Shown piece by piece: positions 1-8,863 of a DNA stretch of 64,000 nt. The notes beneath the pieces were generated by a model. It ran no database searches. It saw nothing but the letters and a program-made list of their open reading frames with translations, and was not told where the DNA came from. Made by a program: the position numbers and the translations under genes. Source of the DNA: Candidatus Marinacidobacterales bacterium (GTDB lineage Bacteria; Acidobacteriota; Vicinamibacteria; Marinacidobacterales; SMYC01); the NCBI GenBank assembly GCA_965237955.1, contig OZ250169.1, positions 7,360,001 through 7,424,000 of the forward strand, given 5' to 3'. Every line of letters begins with the position of its first letter. Position 1 is the stretch's first letter.

Positions 1-2
1 GG

Positions 3-188
3 GAAACCGGGGGGGGCTTCTATACTCCGGAGACGGTCGAGCGGCTTCCCGAGGACATGTCCTACATCGAAGGTGGTACCACCATCCGCGAGCGGCGGGA
101 TTTGTGGGATATGCCGATCGTGTTCGTGTTGCTCGTCGGGATCGTCGTTTCGGAGTGGGGCTATCGTAAGATCAGAGGTTTGGCGTGA
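3..188 (+). CDS. 3' end of upstream membrane-anchored protein of the MoxR/vWA cluster (glutamine-amidotransferase-like family), partial
   Basis: Frame from nt 3 reads ETGGGFYTPETVERLPEDMSY...RRDLWDMPIVFVLLVGIVVSEWGYRKIRGLA*, a C-terminal TM ending typical of these cluster proteins. TGA overlaps the next GTG. Confidence 0.7.
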   Translation, partial: ETGGGFYTPETVERLPEDMSYIEGGTTIRERRDLWDMPIVFVLLVGIVVSEWGYRKIRGLA

Positions 189-1183
189 TCGTGAGAACCG
201 CTTCTCTGCTAGTTGCGCTCGTGTTCGCGTCGACTGCGTCTGCGAAAGAAACCTATCTCGTCATCATCGCCGGACTCGGCGGCGAGGACAGCTATCGCGA
301 GAAGTTCCACCAGTGGTCGAGCGATATGCGCGATGGCGCGGTGAACCGTCACGGTGTCTCCGAGGACAAGGTCTACTACCTTGCCGAAAAGCCTGAGCTC
401 TACCCCGACCAGGTGCACGCGAAATCGACGAAGGAGAACGTGATGGCTCTTTTCGGAGAGCTCGAGACCAAAGTCTCTCCGGGCGATCAGCTCTTTGTTC
501 TTCTGATTGGTCACGGCAGCTTTCGCTCCGAGCAATCCCGTTTCAATCTCCCTGGGCCCGACTTGACCGCCGCGGATTTCGATTTACTGCTCCAGCCGTT
601 CTCCGAGCAGCAGATCGTCTTCGTGAACGCGTCGAGCGCGAGCGGCAACTTTCTTCCGGTGCTGTCGGCTGCCAATCGAATCGTCGTCACCGCGACCAAA
701 TCCGGGTACGAGCGGAATGAATCTCAGTTTGGCAAGTACTTTGTAGAGGCCTATGCTGGGGCCGATGGCCGGGATGTAGCCGACACGGACAAGAACGGGC
801 GCATCTCGGTCTTGGAAGCGTTCACGCACGCACGGGTTCGCGTGGACGGCTACTACAACGAAGAGAACATCCTCCAGACCGAGCACGCGGTTTTAGACGA
901 TAACGGCGACGGTGAAGGCGCGGGCGAGAACGAGGGGGACGTCGCGAGCACGGTGTACCTCCTCGGCGATGCCGCCTTGGCCGAGGGCTTCAGCGAAGCG
1001 GATGTCGCCGGCGATCCCGAGCTCGCGCGCCTCCTCGAAAAGAAGCTCGAGCTCGAAGGAAGGGTGGAGGCGTTGCGGCTCCAGAAGGATTCGATGCCCG
1101 AGAATTTATACATGACTGAGTTGGAGAGTCTCTTGATTGAGCTTGCTCAGGTGACTTTGGGCATTGAAGAGCGGAGACAGTAG
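185..1183 (+). CDS. Secreted caspase/peptidase C13-like fold protein
   Basis: Signal peptide; LFVLLIGHG motif; IVFVNASSASG at the usual catalytic Cys position; ADTDKNGRISVLEAF; C-terminal coiled coil. Confidence 0.6.
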   Translation: MIVRTASLLVALVFASTASAKETYLVIIAGLGGEDSYREKFHQWSSDMRDGAVNRHGVSEDKVYYLAEKPELYPDQVHAKSTKENVMALFGELETKVSPGDQLFVLLIGHGSFRSEQSRFNLPGPDLTAADFDLLLQPFSEQQIVFVNASSASGNFLPVLSAANRIVVTATKSGYERNESQFGKYFVEAYAGADGRDVADTDKNGRISVLEAFTHARVRVDGYYNEENILQTEHAVLDDNGDGEGAGENEGDVASTVYLLGDAALAEGFSEADVAGDPELARLLEKKLELEGRVEALRLQKDSMPENLYMTELESLLIELAQVTLGIEERRQ

Positions 1184-1186
1184 CTC

Positions 1187-3841
1187 GTGCGCCATCAGCC
1201 ATCAGCCGTCAGCCGTCAGCGGGTCAGCGTCTTGCTGGGTGTTGTGCTGCTATTGGGGGTCGGTGTTGCGAGTTCGGTTGCTAGTCTCGAGGAGGCGGAA
1301 GCGGCGCTTCGGAGGGGGCGGTACGAGGATGCTCTCTCGGCTTTCGAGGACGCTTCGGTGGCCACGCCTACGCCGCGTCTATATAAAGGTTGGATCGAGG
1401 CTCTTCGTCTGACGGGGCAATATGACGACGGGCTCGCGCGCGTCGACGCTTTCCTTCAGAAAGAACCGGCTTCGGTCGAGCTCGAGAACACCCGAGGGGA
1501 GCTTCTCTACGAGCGCGGCCGCGTCGACGAAGCTCGTGCGGCGTTCGAAAAAGCCATCGCCGGCAGGGGGCGCGACTCTCTGGACGCGGAGCTGAACCTG
1601 GCGATTCTGCTCTACGACGAAGGCGACGTTGCCGACGCGCTCCGTCGCTTCGATCGTTTCATCGACGTCTACAACCAGAGCTTGAAGCTCGGGGCGGAAG
1701 AGCTGACGGCCGTGGGTGTCGCGTGTCGGTATCTCGGTGCGACGAACCCTGAGCTGTACCGGGACGCGTTGAAGGCGCTCGACGAGGCAAAAGCGAAAGA
1801 TCCAAGCTCGCTCGGGCCTACGATCCTCGCCGGCGCTCTCTTCCTCGAGAAGTACAACAGTCCCGACGCGAGCAAGAGTTTCGGCGAGGCTCTTGCGGTG
1901 AACCCGAACCATCCCGAAGCTCTCCTTGGGCTCGCGAAAGTCAAAGCATTCGACGGCTCCCCGGAAGCGCTTACGCTGACCGAGAAAGCGCTCGAGGTCA
2001 ACCCGAGCTACGTTGCGGCCCGAGCTTTTCTCGCCGAGCAGCATCTGGGTCTCGAAGAGTACGACGAGGCCCGGGTCGAGGCGAAAAAAGCGCTCGACGT
2101 CAACCCCGTCTCTCGGCAAGCGCTTCCTATCCTCGCGGCGTCCGAGCTTCTCATGGGTAACGAAACGGCGTTCGAGGAAATCGAGCTCCGCGCGCTCGCA
2201 CGAAACCCGCGGGATGCCGATTTCTACAACAAGCTCGCCGACATCGCGGTGCAAAACCGTCTCTACCACCGCGCGGTCGAGTTCGCCTCGAAAGCGGTGG
2301 AGCTCGACGACCGCTCGTGGGCGGGCTACGGTCTTCTCGGTGTCAATCAACTGCGACTCGGCGACATCGAAGAGGGACGTGCCAGTCTCGAGCGCTCGTT
2401 CGAAGGCGATCCGTACAACGTCTGGAACAAGAACACGCTCGATCTGCTCGATACGTTTCCCGACTACGTCACCACCGAAACCGAGCGATTCGAGCTCTTC
2501 ATCGAGGGGTCGGAATCGGAGCTTCTCGCGGTCTATTTCGCGAAGATCGCCGAGCAAGCGTACGACGCCCTCGCCGCGCGCTACGACTACCGGCCGGAAA
2601 CGCCCATCCGCATCGAAGTCTTCCCGTCGCACGGGGATTTTTCGGTCAGAACCCTCGGGCTTCCCGGCCTCGGTGCGCTCGGCGTCTGTTTCGGTCCCGT
2701 GATTGCGGTGGACTCGCCATCGGCGCGTCCGAAAGGCCAGTTCAACTGGGCGTCGACGCTCTGGCACGAGCTCGCGCACACGTTCACGCTTGGCGTGACC
2801 GACCACCAGGTACCACGGTGGTTCTCCGAAGGCCTGTCGGTGCTCGAAGAACGCCGCGCACGACCCGGGTGGGGCGACGACGTCAATCTGGGTTTTCTCG
2901 CCGCCTACCAGCGCGACAAGCTTCTGCCGATCGCCGAGCTCAACAACGGCTTCATGAGACCGACCTACCCGCAGCAGATCGGGATCTCCTACTACCAAGC
3001 GTCGCTCGTCTCCGAGCTTATCGAGCGGGATAACGGCTTCCAGGCGATTCGCGACATGCTCGCAGGCTACCGCAATGGGCTTTCGACGCCGGAAGTCTTC
3101 AAACAAGTCTTGGAGCTCGAGCTCGACGAGTTCGACGAGCGATTCGAGATCTATCTTGCCGAGCGGTTCGATGCGGTTGCGGCGACCCTTCGCCTTCCGC
3201 CCGAAGGCGAGGCCCCTCCGGTCGTCGTCGAGGATTTATCGTCTCGCGCAGAGCAGGACGAGTTCGACTTCATCGCGCACCTCGAGATGGGTAAAAGAGC
3301 GCTCGCCGACGGAGATACCGAGAAAGCCGAGACGTACCTCGAGCGTGCGAAAAAGTTGTTTCCGGAATACGCCGAGGAGGGGAGCCCGTACATCGTGCTC
3401 GCCGAGATGCACGAGGACGCTGGGCGCACCGCGCGTGCCGCGTCGGAGCTCCAGACCTTCGTCGACATCAACGAGAACCACTACGATGCCCACGTGAAGC
3501 TTTCCCAGCTCTACCAGGAGCTGGGTGAAACCGAGCAAGCGGCGGAGATACTGGAGAGGGCGCTCTACATCTACCCGTTCGAGCTCACCGTACACCAGGA
3601 TCTCGCTCGGCTCTTTCGCGAGAGCGAGCGCTACCACGATGTCGTCTCCGAGCGGCGGGCGCTCGTCGCTCTCACCACCGATCGAGCCCAGGCGTTATAT
3701 GACCTCGCTCTCGCTTACCACGAGGCCGGGGACAATGTGAGCGCCCGCCGGGAGCTGCTGCGAGCGCTCGAGCTCGCTCCGGCGTTCAAGGACGGTCTGT
3801 TCCTGCTTCTCAAATTGAAGGCGGCCGAGGGCGACGCGTGA
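1187..3841 (+). CDS. TPR protein with peptidase MA-like zinc metallopeptidase domain
   Basis: N-terminal hydrophobic segment, many TPR-like helical repeats, LWHELAH (HExxH) plus PRWFSEG. Confidence 0.85.
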   Translation: MRHQPSAVSRQRVSVLLGVVLLLGVGVASSVASLEEAEAALRRGRYEDALSAFEDASVATPTPRLYKGWIEALRLTGQYDDGLARVDAFLQKEPASVELENTRGELLYERGRVDEARAAFEKAIAGRGRDSLDAELNLAILLYDEGDVADALRRFDRFIDVYNQSLKLGAEELTAVGVACRYLGATNPELYRDALKALDEAKAKDPSSLGPTILAGALFLEKYNSPDASKSFGEALAVNPNHPEALLGLAKVKAFDGSPEALTLTEKALEVNPSYVAARAFLAEQHLGLEEYDEARVEAKKALDVNPVSRQALPILAASELLMGNETAFEEIELRALARNPRDADFYNKLADIAVQNRLYHRAVEFASKAVELDDRSWAGYGLLGVNQLRLGDIEEGRASLERSFEGDPYNVWNKNTLDLLDTFPDYVTTETERFELFIEGSESELLAVYFAKIAEQAYDALAARYDYRPETPIRIEVFPSHGDFSVRTLGLPGLGALGVCFGPVIAVDSPSARPKGQFNWASTLWHELAHTFTLGVTDHQVPRWFSEGLSVLEERRARPGWGDDVNLGFLAAYQRDKLLPIAELNNGFMRPTYPQQIGISYYQASLVSELIERDNGFQAIRDMLAGYRNGLSTPEVFKQVLELELDEFDERFEIYLAERFDAVAATLRLPPEGEAPPVVVEDLSSRAEQDEFDFIAHLEMGKRALADGDTEKAETYLERAKKLFPEYAEEGSPYIVLAEMHEDAGRTARAASELQTFVDINENHYDAHVKLSQLYQELGETEQAAEILERALYIYPFELTVHQDLARLFRESERYHDVVSERRALVALTTDRAQALYDLALAYHEAGDNVSARRELLRALELAPAFKDGLFLLLKLKAAEGDA

Positions 3842-4650
3842 CGCGCACGGGGCGGATTCTTGTAGGTACCGTTGTCGTCGCGCTCGTCTTGTCGATAGCC
3901 GCGATAGCGACGCGAGCGGCGATGGAGCTACCGATCGTGTGGAACCGGATGCAAGGCTTCGGTTTGGATCTGCCGTACGACAACCACCCCTACAACGGTC
4001 GGTTCACGTTCGTGCGCGTGAAGTTCGAGCCGACGCGGTGGGGACGAGGACGGTACGAATGGGGTCTGGATCTCAAGTGGAATCACGACTACCCGCTGGG
4101 CGAGCGCAACTTGATGACGATCTTGAAACACCACACTTTGATCGAGCCCAACATGGAAAAGGGCAACATCTACGCGCTCGATGATCCGGAGCTCTTCAAC
4201 TACCCCTGGGCGTACCTTTGCGAAGTGGGGTTTTGGAACCCGACGGAGTCCGAGGCCGAGAGCCTGAGAACATACCTTCAAAAGGGTGGCTTTCTCGTCG
4301 TCGACGACTTCATCATGGAGCGGCAGTGGTACAACTTCGAAACGCAGATGCGGAAAGTGTTTCCAGAGCATCAGCTCATCCAGCTCGACGTGACCCATCC
4401 GATCTTCGACACCTTCTTCTATATCGAGACGCTCGACTTCGAGCACCCGACATTTCCAGGCTTGAAGCCGGTTTACTACGGCATCTTCGAGGACAACGAC
4501 CCCCAAAAGCGGCTCATGCTCATCGCCAACTACAACCACGATATCGGGGACTACTGGGAGTGGTCGGGAACCGGCTGGGTGCCCATCGATATCTCCAACG
4601 AGGCTTTCAAGCTTGGCGTCAACTACGTGATCTACGGGATGACGCACTGA
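3838..4650 (+). CDS. DUF4159 domain protein
   Basis: FTFVRVKF, WNHDYP, LRTYLQKGGFLVVDDF, NHDIGDYWEW, AFKLGVNYVIYGMTH; directly upstream of MoxR. Confidence 0.85.
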   Translation: MTRTGRILVGTVVVALVLSIAAIATRAAMELPIVWNRMQGFGLDLPYDNHPYNGRFTFVRVKFEPTRWGRGRYEWGLDLKWNHDYPLGERNLMTILKHHTLIEPNMEKGNIYALDDPELFNYPWAYLCEVGFWNPTESEAESLRTYLQKGGFLVVDDFIMERQWYNFETQMRKVFPEHQLIQLDVTHPIFDTFFYIETLDFEHPTFPGLKPVYYGIFEDNDPQKRLMLIANYNHDIGDYWEWSGTGWVPIDISNEAFKLGVNYVIYGMTH

Positions 4651-4682
4651 ATTTTGTCCATTTCCTCGAGAAAGGACCTGCT

Positions 4683-5714
4683 TTGGCTGAAGAAGAAACA
4701 GTAGCACTCGAATCTCAGGACGATATTGCCCTCGCCGATCGATTGCGGGCGGCGCAAGCGAACATCACCCAGGAAATGCGCAAGCTGATAATAGGCCAAG
4801 AGGATGCCATCGAACAGGTGCTGTTGTCTCTGTTCGTCGGGGGCAACAGCATCATCACCGGTGTGCCCGGTCTCGCGAAAACGATGATCATACACACGGT
4901 GGCGCAGGTGTTGGATCTCAAGTTCGCGCGCATCCAGTTTACGCCGGACCTCATGCCGTCGGACATCACCGGCACCGACCTCGTGCAAGAAGATCCGCAA
5001 ACGGGAAAGCGCGAGCTCGTGTTCATGCCGGGCCCGATCTTCAACAACATCGTGCTCGCCGACGAGATCAACCGTACGCCGCCCAAGACGCAATCGGCGC
5101 TCCTCGAGGCAATGCAGGAGCACCAGGTCACCATTCAAGGACGAACCTACACGCTCGACGAGCCGTTTTTCGTGTTCGCGACCCAGAACCCGATCGAGCT
5201 CGAGGGAACCTATCCGCTCCCGGAGGCCCAGCTCGACCGCTTCATGTTCAATATCATCATCGACTACATGCCCGAGGACGACGAGATCGACGTTGTTCGC
5301 AGGACAACCGCGGTGCAGGAGTACGAGTTCGAACACGTTGTGACCGGGGAGGACATCCTCGCGTTCCAGAATCTCGTCCGGAAAGTGCCGGTGTCCGATG
5401 CGATCATGCGCTACGCGGTCAGACTCTCACGCACGACGCGTCCTGGCGAAGAGGGTGCTCCCGAATTCGTCGAGAAATGGGTCGAGTACGGCGCCAGCGT
5501 GCGTGCCGCTCAGTACATCATCCTCGGGTCCAAGGCGCGCGCTCTCATGCAGGGCCGCTACCACGTGAGCTACGAAGACATCCGCGCTCTGGCGAAGCCG
5601 GTATTCCGCCACCGCATCCTGACCAACTTCCACGCGCAGAGCGAGAAGATCTCGTCCGAAACGCTCATCGACCAGTTGCTAGAAACCGTCGACGCGCCGA
5701 AATCGCGCATGTAG
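4683..5714 (+). CDS. moxR: MoxR family AAA+ ATPase
   Basis: GVPGLAKT, RIQFTPDLMPSDITG, LADEINRTPPKTQSALLEAMQE, ATQNPIELEGTYPLPEAQLDRF. Start placed at TTG 4683 after GAGAAAGGA. Confidence 0.93.
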   Translation: MAEEETVALESQDDIALADRLRAAQANITQEMRKLIIGQEDAIEQVLLSLFVGGNSIITGVPGLAKTMIIHTVAQVLDLKFARIQFTPDLMPSDITGTDLVQEDPQTGKRELVFMPGPIFNNIVLADEINRTPPKTQSALLEAMQEHQVTIQGRTYTLDEPFFVFATQNPIELEGTYPLPEAQLDRFMFNIIIDYMPEDDEIDVVRRTTAVQEYEFEHVVTGEDILAFQNLVRKVPVSDAIMRYAVRLSRTTRPGEEGAPEFVEKWVEYGASVRAAQYIILGSKARALMQGRYHVSYEDIRALAKPVFRHRILTNFHAQSEKISSETLIDQLLETVDAPKSRM

Positions 5715-5775
5715 ATGGCAAGCATTCAGCATTCAGCATCCAGCATTCACTCCGCGATCGGGATCGAGAAACAGC

Positions 5776-6690
5776 ATGGCTGAGACCGCACGGCGCGAGC
5801 GGGTGGGGCAGTTTGTCGATCCGCACCTGCTGGGGCGGATTGCCAACCTCAAGCTGCTGGCGCGTTCGGTGGTTCAGGGCTTCATCAGCGGGCTTCATCG
5901 ATCGACCTATCTGGGACGCTCGGTGGATTTCGCCGAGCATCGTGCGTACATGCCTGGGGACGACATTCGCCAGATCGATTGGCGCCTGTTTGCGCGTACG
6001 GACCGCTTCTACGTCAAGCAGTTCGAGGCGGACACCAACACGAACTTCACCGTCGTTCTCGACATCTCGCGCTCGATGAACTTCGGAAGCGTTGGGATCA
6101 CCAAGCTCGATTACGCTCGCTACCTTGCGGCGTCTCTCGCCGTCTTCTCGCAGAAGCAGCGCGACCGTATCGGGCTCATCACCTTCGACAACGACATCGT
6201 CGACTTCGTGCCGCCGTCGGCCAAGCATCTGGAGATCGTGCTCCACCGGATCGATCGTATCGAGTCGACACGACCGAGCGAGTATCGCGTCCCGCTTGCG
6301 AAAGTCACCCAGGCAGTTCACCGGCGCGGGATTGTCGTTTTGATCTCCGATCTCTACGACGAACCGTCCGCGATCCTCGACGCTGTCAAAGGACTTCGCT
6401 ACAAGGGTAACGATCTCATCGTCTTTCATGTTCTCGATCCGGCCGAGCTGAGCTTTCCTTACGATGAGGCGGCGAGCTACCGGGATCTGGAAACGGGCGA
6501 GGCGGTGCCCATCATTCCCGAGTATCTGCGGGAAGAATATCGGAAACTCGTCAAGGCGCACGTGAGCGCCTTGTCCAAGTCTCTCGGCGACAACCGTATC
6601 GACTATGCGCTCCTCGATACGTCCACGCCGCTCGACTACGCGCTTTTCCACTACCTGTCACGGCGCGAGCGCATGACGAGGACGCGGTGA
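5776..6690 (+). CDS. DUF58 (vWA-like) protein
   Basis: GLHRS..GRSVDFAEHRAYMPGDDIRQIDW, LDISRSM, LISDLY. Confidence 0.92.
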   Translation: MAETARRERVGQFVDPHLLGRIANLKLLARSVVQGFISGLHRSTYLGRSVDFAEHRAYMPGDDIRQIDWRLFARTDRFYVKQFEADTNTNFTVVLDISRSMNFGSVGITKLDYARYLAASLAVFSQKQRDRIGLITFDNDIVDFVPPSAKHLEIVLHRIDRIESTRPSEYRVPLAKVTQAVHRRGIVVLISDLYDEPSAILDAVKGLRYKGNDLIVFHVLDPAELSFPYDEAASYRDLETGEAVPIIPEYLREEYRKLVKAHVSALSKSLGDNRIDYALLDTSTPLDYALFHYLSRRERMTRTR

Positions 6691-8801
6691 CGTTTCTGAC
6701 TCCAGCTTTTTTCCTCGGGGCTCTCGCCCTCGCGGTGCCGGTCATCATTCACCTGACGAACCGGGAGAAGAAAGAGGTGGTGGAGTTCCCCTCACTCATG
6801 TTTCTTCGGCGGATTCCCTTTCGATCGGTGCGCCGGCAGAAGCTGCGGCATCTTTTTCTGTTTGCTCTGAGGTGCCTTGCTCTACTGCTGCTTACGATTG
6901 CTTTCGCACGGCCGTTTTTCGAATCTCCGTCGAGCGCCACCGCGGCGACTCTCGGCCCGCGCGAGGTCGTTCTCGTCATCGATCACTCTTACAGCATGGG
7001 GTACGAGAACCGTCTCGAGGCGGCGAAACAGGTTGCGCGCTCCCACATCGACGCGCTCGGTCCCGACGACCGTGGCTCGCTCGTGCTGTTCTCGAACCGC
7101 GCCGAGATCCTCAACCAGCCGAGCTCGGATGGTGACGAGCTCAAAGCCATACTCGATGGTATCGAGCTCTCGGCTTCCACTACACGCTACGGGCCCGCGC
7201 TGAAGCTCGCAAAGAGGATTGTCGACGAGTCGAATCTCCCGCGGAAGGAGGTCGTTCTCCTGTCCGATTTTCAGCGGCTCGGCTGGGAGGGTGACGAAGA
7301 CGTGTGGCTCCCCGCGGGGACGGACTTCCACTACGAGAACGTCGGCTCGGACGCGACCGACAACGCTGCGGTAACGGGCGTGATCCTGGAACGTGAGCCC
7401 ACATCCGGTCGCGAGCGACTCACGGCGTCGGCGCGGGTCACCTACAAAGCACCCCAAAAGAGCCCGCCGCTCGAGACGAGTATCAGCATCGAGCTCAACT
7501 CCCGCAGGCTCCAGACGGAGCCACTCGAGCTCGAGCCGAACAGCTCGACGACGGTGAGCTTCGCCCCGTTCACCCTTCCGGCCGGGATCGCACGGGGTAC
7601 GGTTCGCCTCGAAGACGACAAGCTGAACAAAGACAACGCATACCATTTCGTGCTGTGGCCCGGGCAATCTCTGTCGGTGCTGTCGCTTCAGGGACGTAGC
7701 CGGCGCAGCTTGTACGTGTCGCGCGCGCTCGCTATCGGCGATCGACCGTCGTTCCGCATGGACGCCAAGCGCAGCAACCAATTCGGCGCGGCCGACCTCA
7801 ACGGACGTCAGGTGGTGATCTTGAACGACGTCCCCGCGGTCAGTCCGAAGGCGGCGCGCCTTCTCGAAGAGTTCGTGTCGCGCGGTGGTGGGCTCGTCGT
7901 CGTTCTCGGCGAGGCGAGCGGTCGCAACAGTTTCACCGGCGCCGCGGCGCGGCTTCTTCCTTCGCCTCCCGGAGCCAGCCGGGATCGTTCCCGCGACTTT
8001 GGTGGCACGTTGTCGTACCTCGACTATGGAAGCCCCGTATTCGAGATTTTCAGCGCGCCCCATAGCGGTGACTTCACCGCTGCCAAGTTCTTCCGGTATC
8101 GGTTGTTCGAAAGCCCAGTGACGAGTGGTGTCTTGGCCCGTTTCGACGACGGGGCGGTAGCACTTGCTGAAAAGCACATCGGCGAGGGTCGCGTGCTCGT
8201 TCTGACGTCGACGCTCGACACGTTTTGGAACGACCTCGCCCGTCAACCCGTTTTTTTGCCGTTCATGCACCAGATGATGAAGTACGCCGCGGGATACACC
8301 GAGGCCGCGGCGTGGCATACCGTGGGCGATGTGGCTGACCTCGACGCTTATATCGAGATGATGAGTGACGAGAGAGAGCGCGCGGGCGAGCGCGACTATG
8401 ATCTGGTCGTATCGGCACCTTCTGGAGAGCGGACGATCGTGCCCATATTCGAAGAGCGAGCGCTGCTACCGCTGGCGGAGCAGGGTTTCTACGAGCTTCG
8501 GCGGGCGGGTCGCGGCTCGGGCGCGTTGTCCGTGATGAGCCTCGCCGCGAACGTGGACTCGGCGGAGTCGGACTTATCATCATTAGATCCGGAGGAGCTC
8601 GTGGCGGCGGTGGCACTTCGCGAGATGGCATCGGGTGAGTCAAGCGACTCTGGCCAAACCCCGGCCGAACAAGAGGCTCGGCAGGGGTTCTGGTGGTATC
8701 TGCTCATCGGCGCCTTCCTTTTGCTCGTCGCGGAGACCATCTTGTCGAACCGACTATCCCGTGCGCGGACGGTAATTCCGGGAGCCGTTGGAGCTGCTTA
8801 G
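6687..8801 (+). CDS. BatA N-terminal / vWA domain membrane protein
   Basis: LAVPVIIHL..VEFPSLMFL BatA motif, IDHSYSM MIDAS, LLSDFQ, C-terminal TM. Confidence 0.88.
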   Translation: MTFLTPAFFLGALALAVPVIIHLTNREKKEVVEFPSLMFLRRIPFRSVRRQKLRHLFLFALRCLALLLLTIAFARPFFESPSSATAATLGPREVVLVIDHSYSMGYENRLEAAKQVARSHIDALGPDDRGSLVLFSNRAEILNQPSSDGDELKAILDGIELSASTTRYGPALKLAKRIVDESNLPRKEVVLLSDFQRLGWEGDEDVWLPAGTDFHYENVGSDATDNAAVTGVILEREPTSGRERLTASARVTYKAPQKSPPLETSISIELNSRRLQTEPLELEPNSSTTVSFAPFTLPAGIARGTVRLEDDKLNKDNAYHFVLWPGQSLSVLSLQGRSRRSLYVSRALAIGDRPSFRMDAKRSNQFGAADLNGRQVVILNDVPAVSPKAARLLEEFVSRGGGLVVVLGEASGRNSFTGAAARLLPSPPGASRDRSRDFGGTLSYLDYGSPVFEIFSAPHSGDFTAAKFFRYRLFESPVTSGVLARFDDGAVALAEKHIGEGRVLVLTSTLDTFWNDLARQPVFLPFMHQMMKYAAGYTEAAAWHTVGDVADLDAYIEMMSDERERAGERDYDLVVSAPSGERTIVPIFEERALLPLAEQGFYELRRAGRGSGALSVMSLAANVDSAESDLSSLDPEELVAAVALREMASGESSDSGQTPAEQEARQGFWWYLLIGAFLLLVAETILSNRLSRARTVIPGAVGAA

Positions 8802-8863
8802 GAAAGGGCGAAAAAAACCCACTATACTGGTTAGGGGGAGCAATCTTAGCGGAGTCAACGGTC

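Noticed and set aside
4218-4682. N-terminal extension of the MoxR ORF
   Set aside because: Overlaps DUF4159 in another frame; RBS and homology point to TTG 4683.
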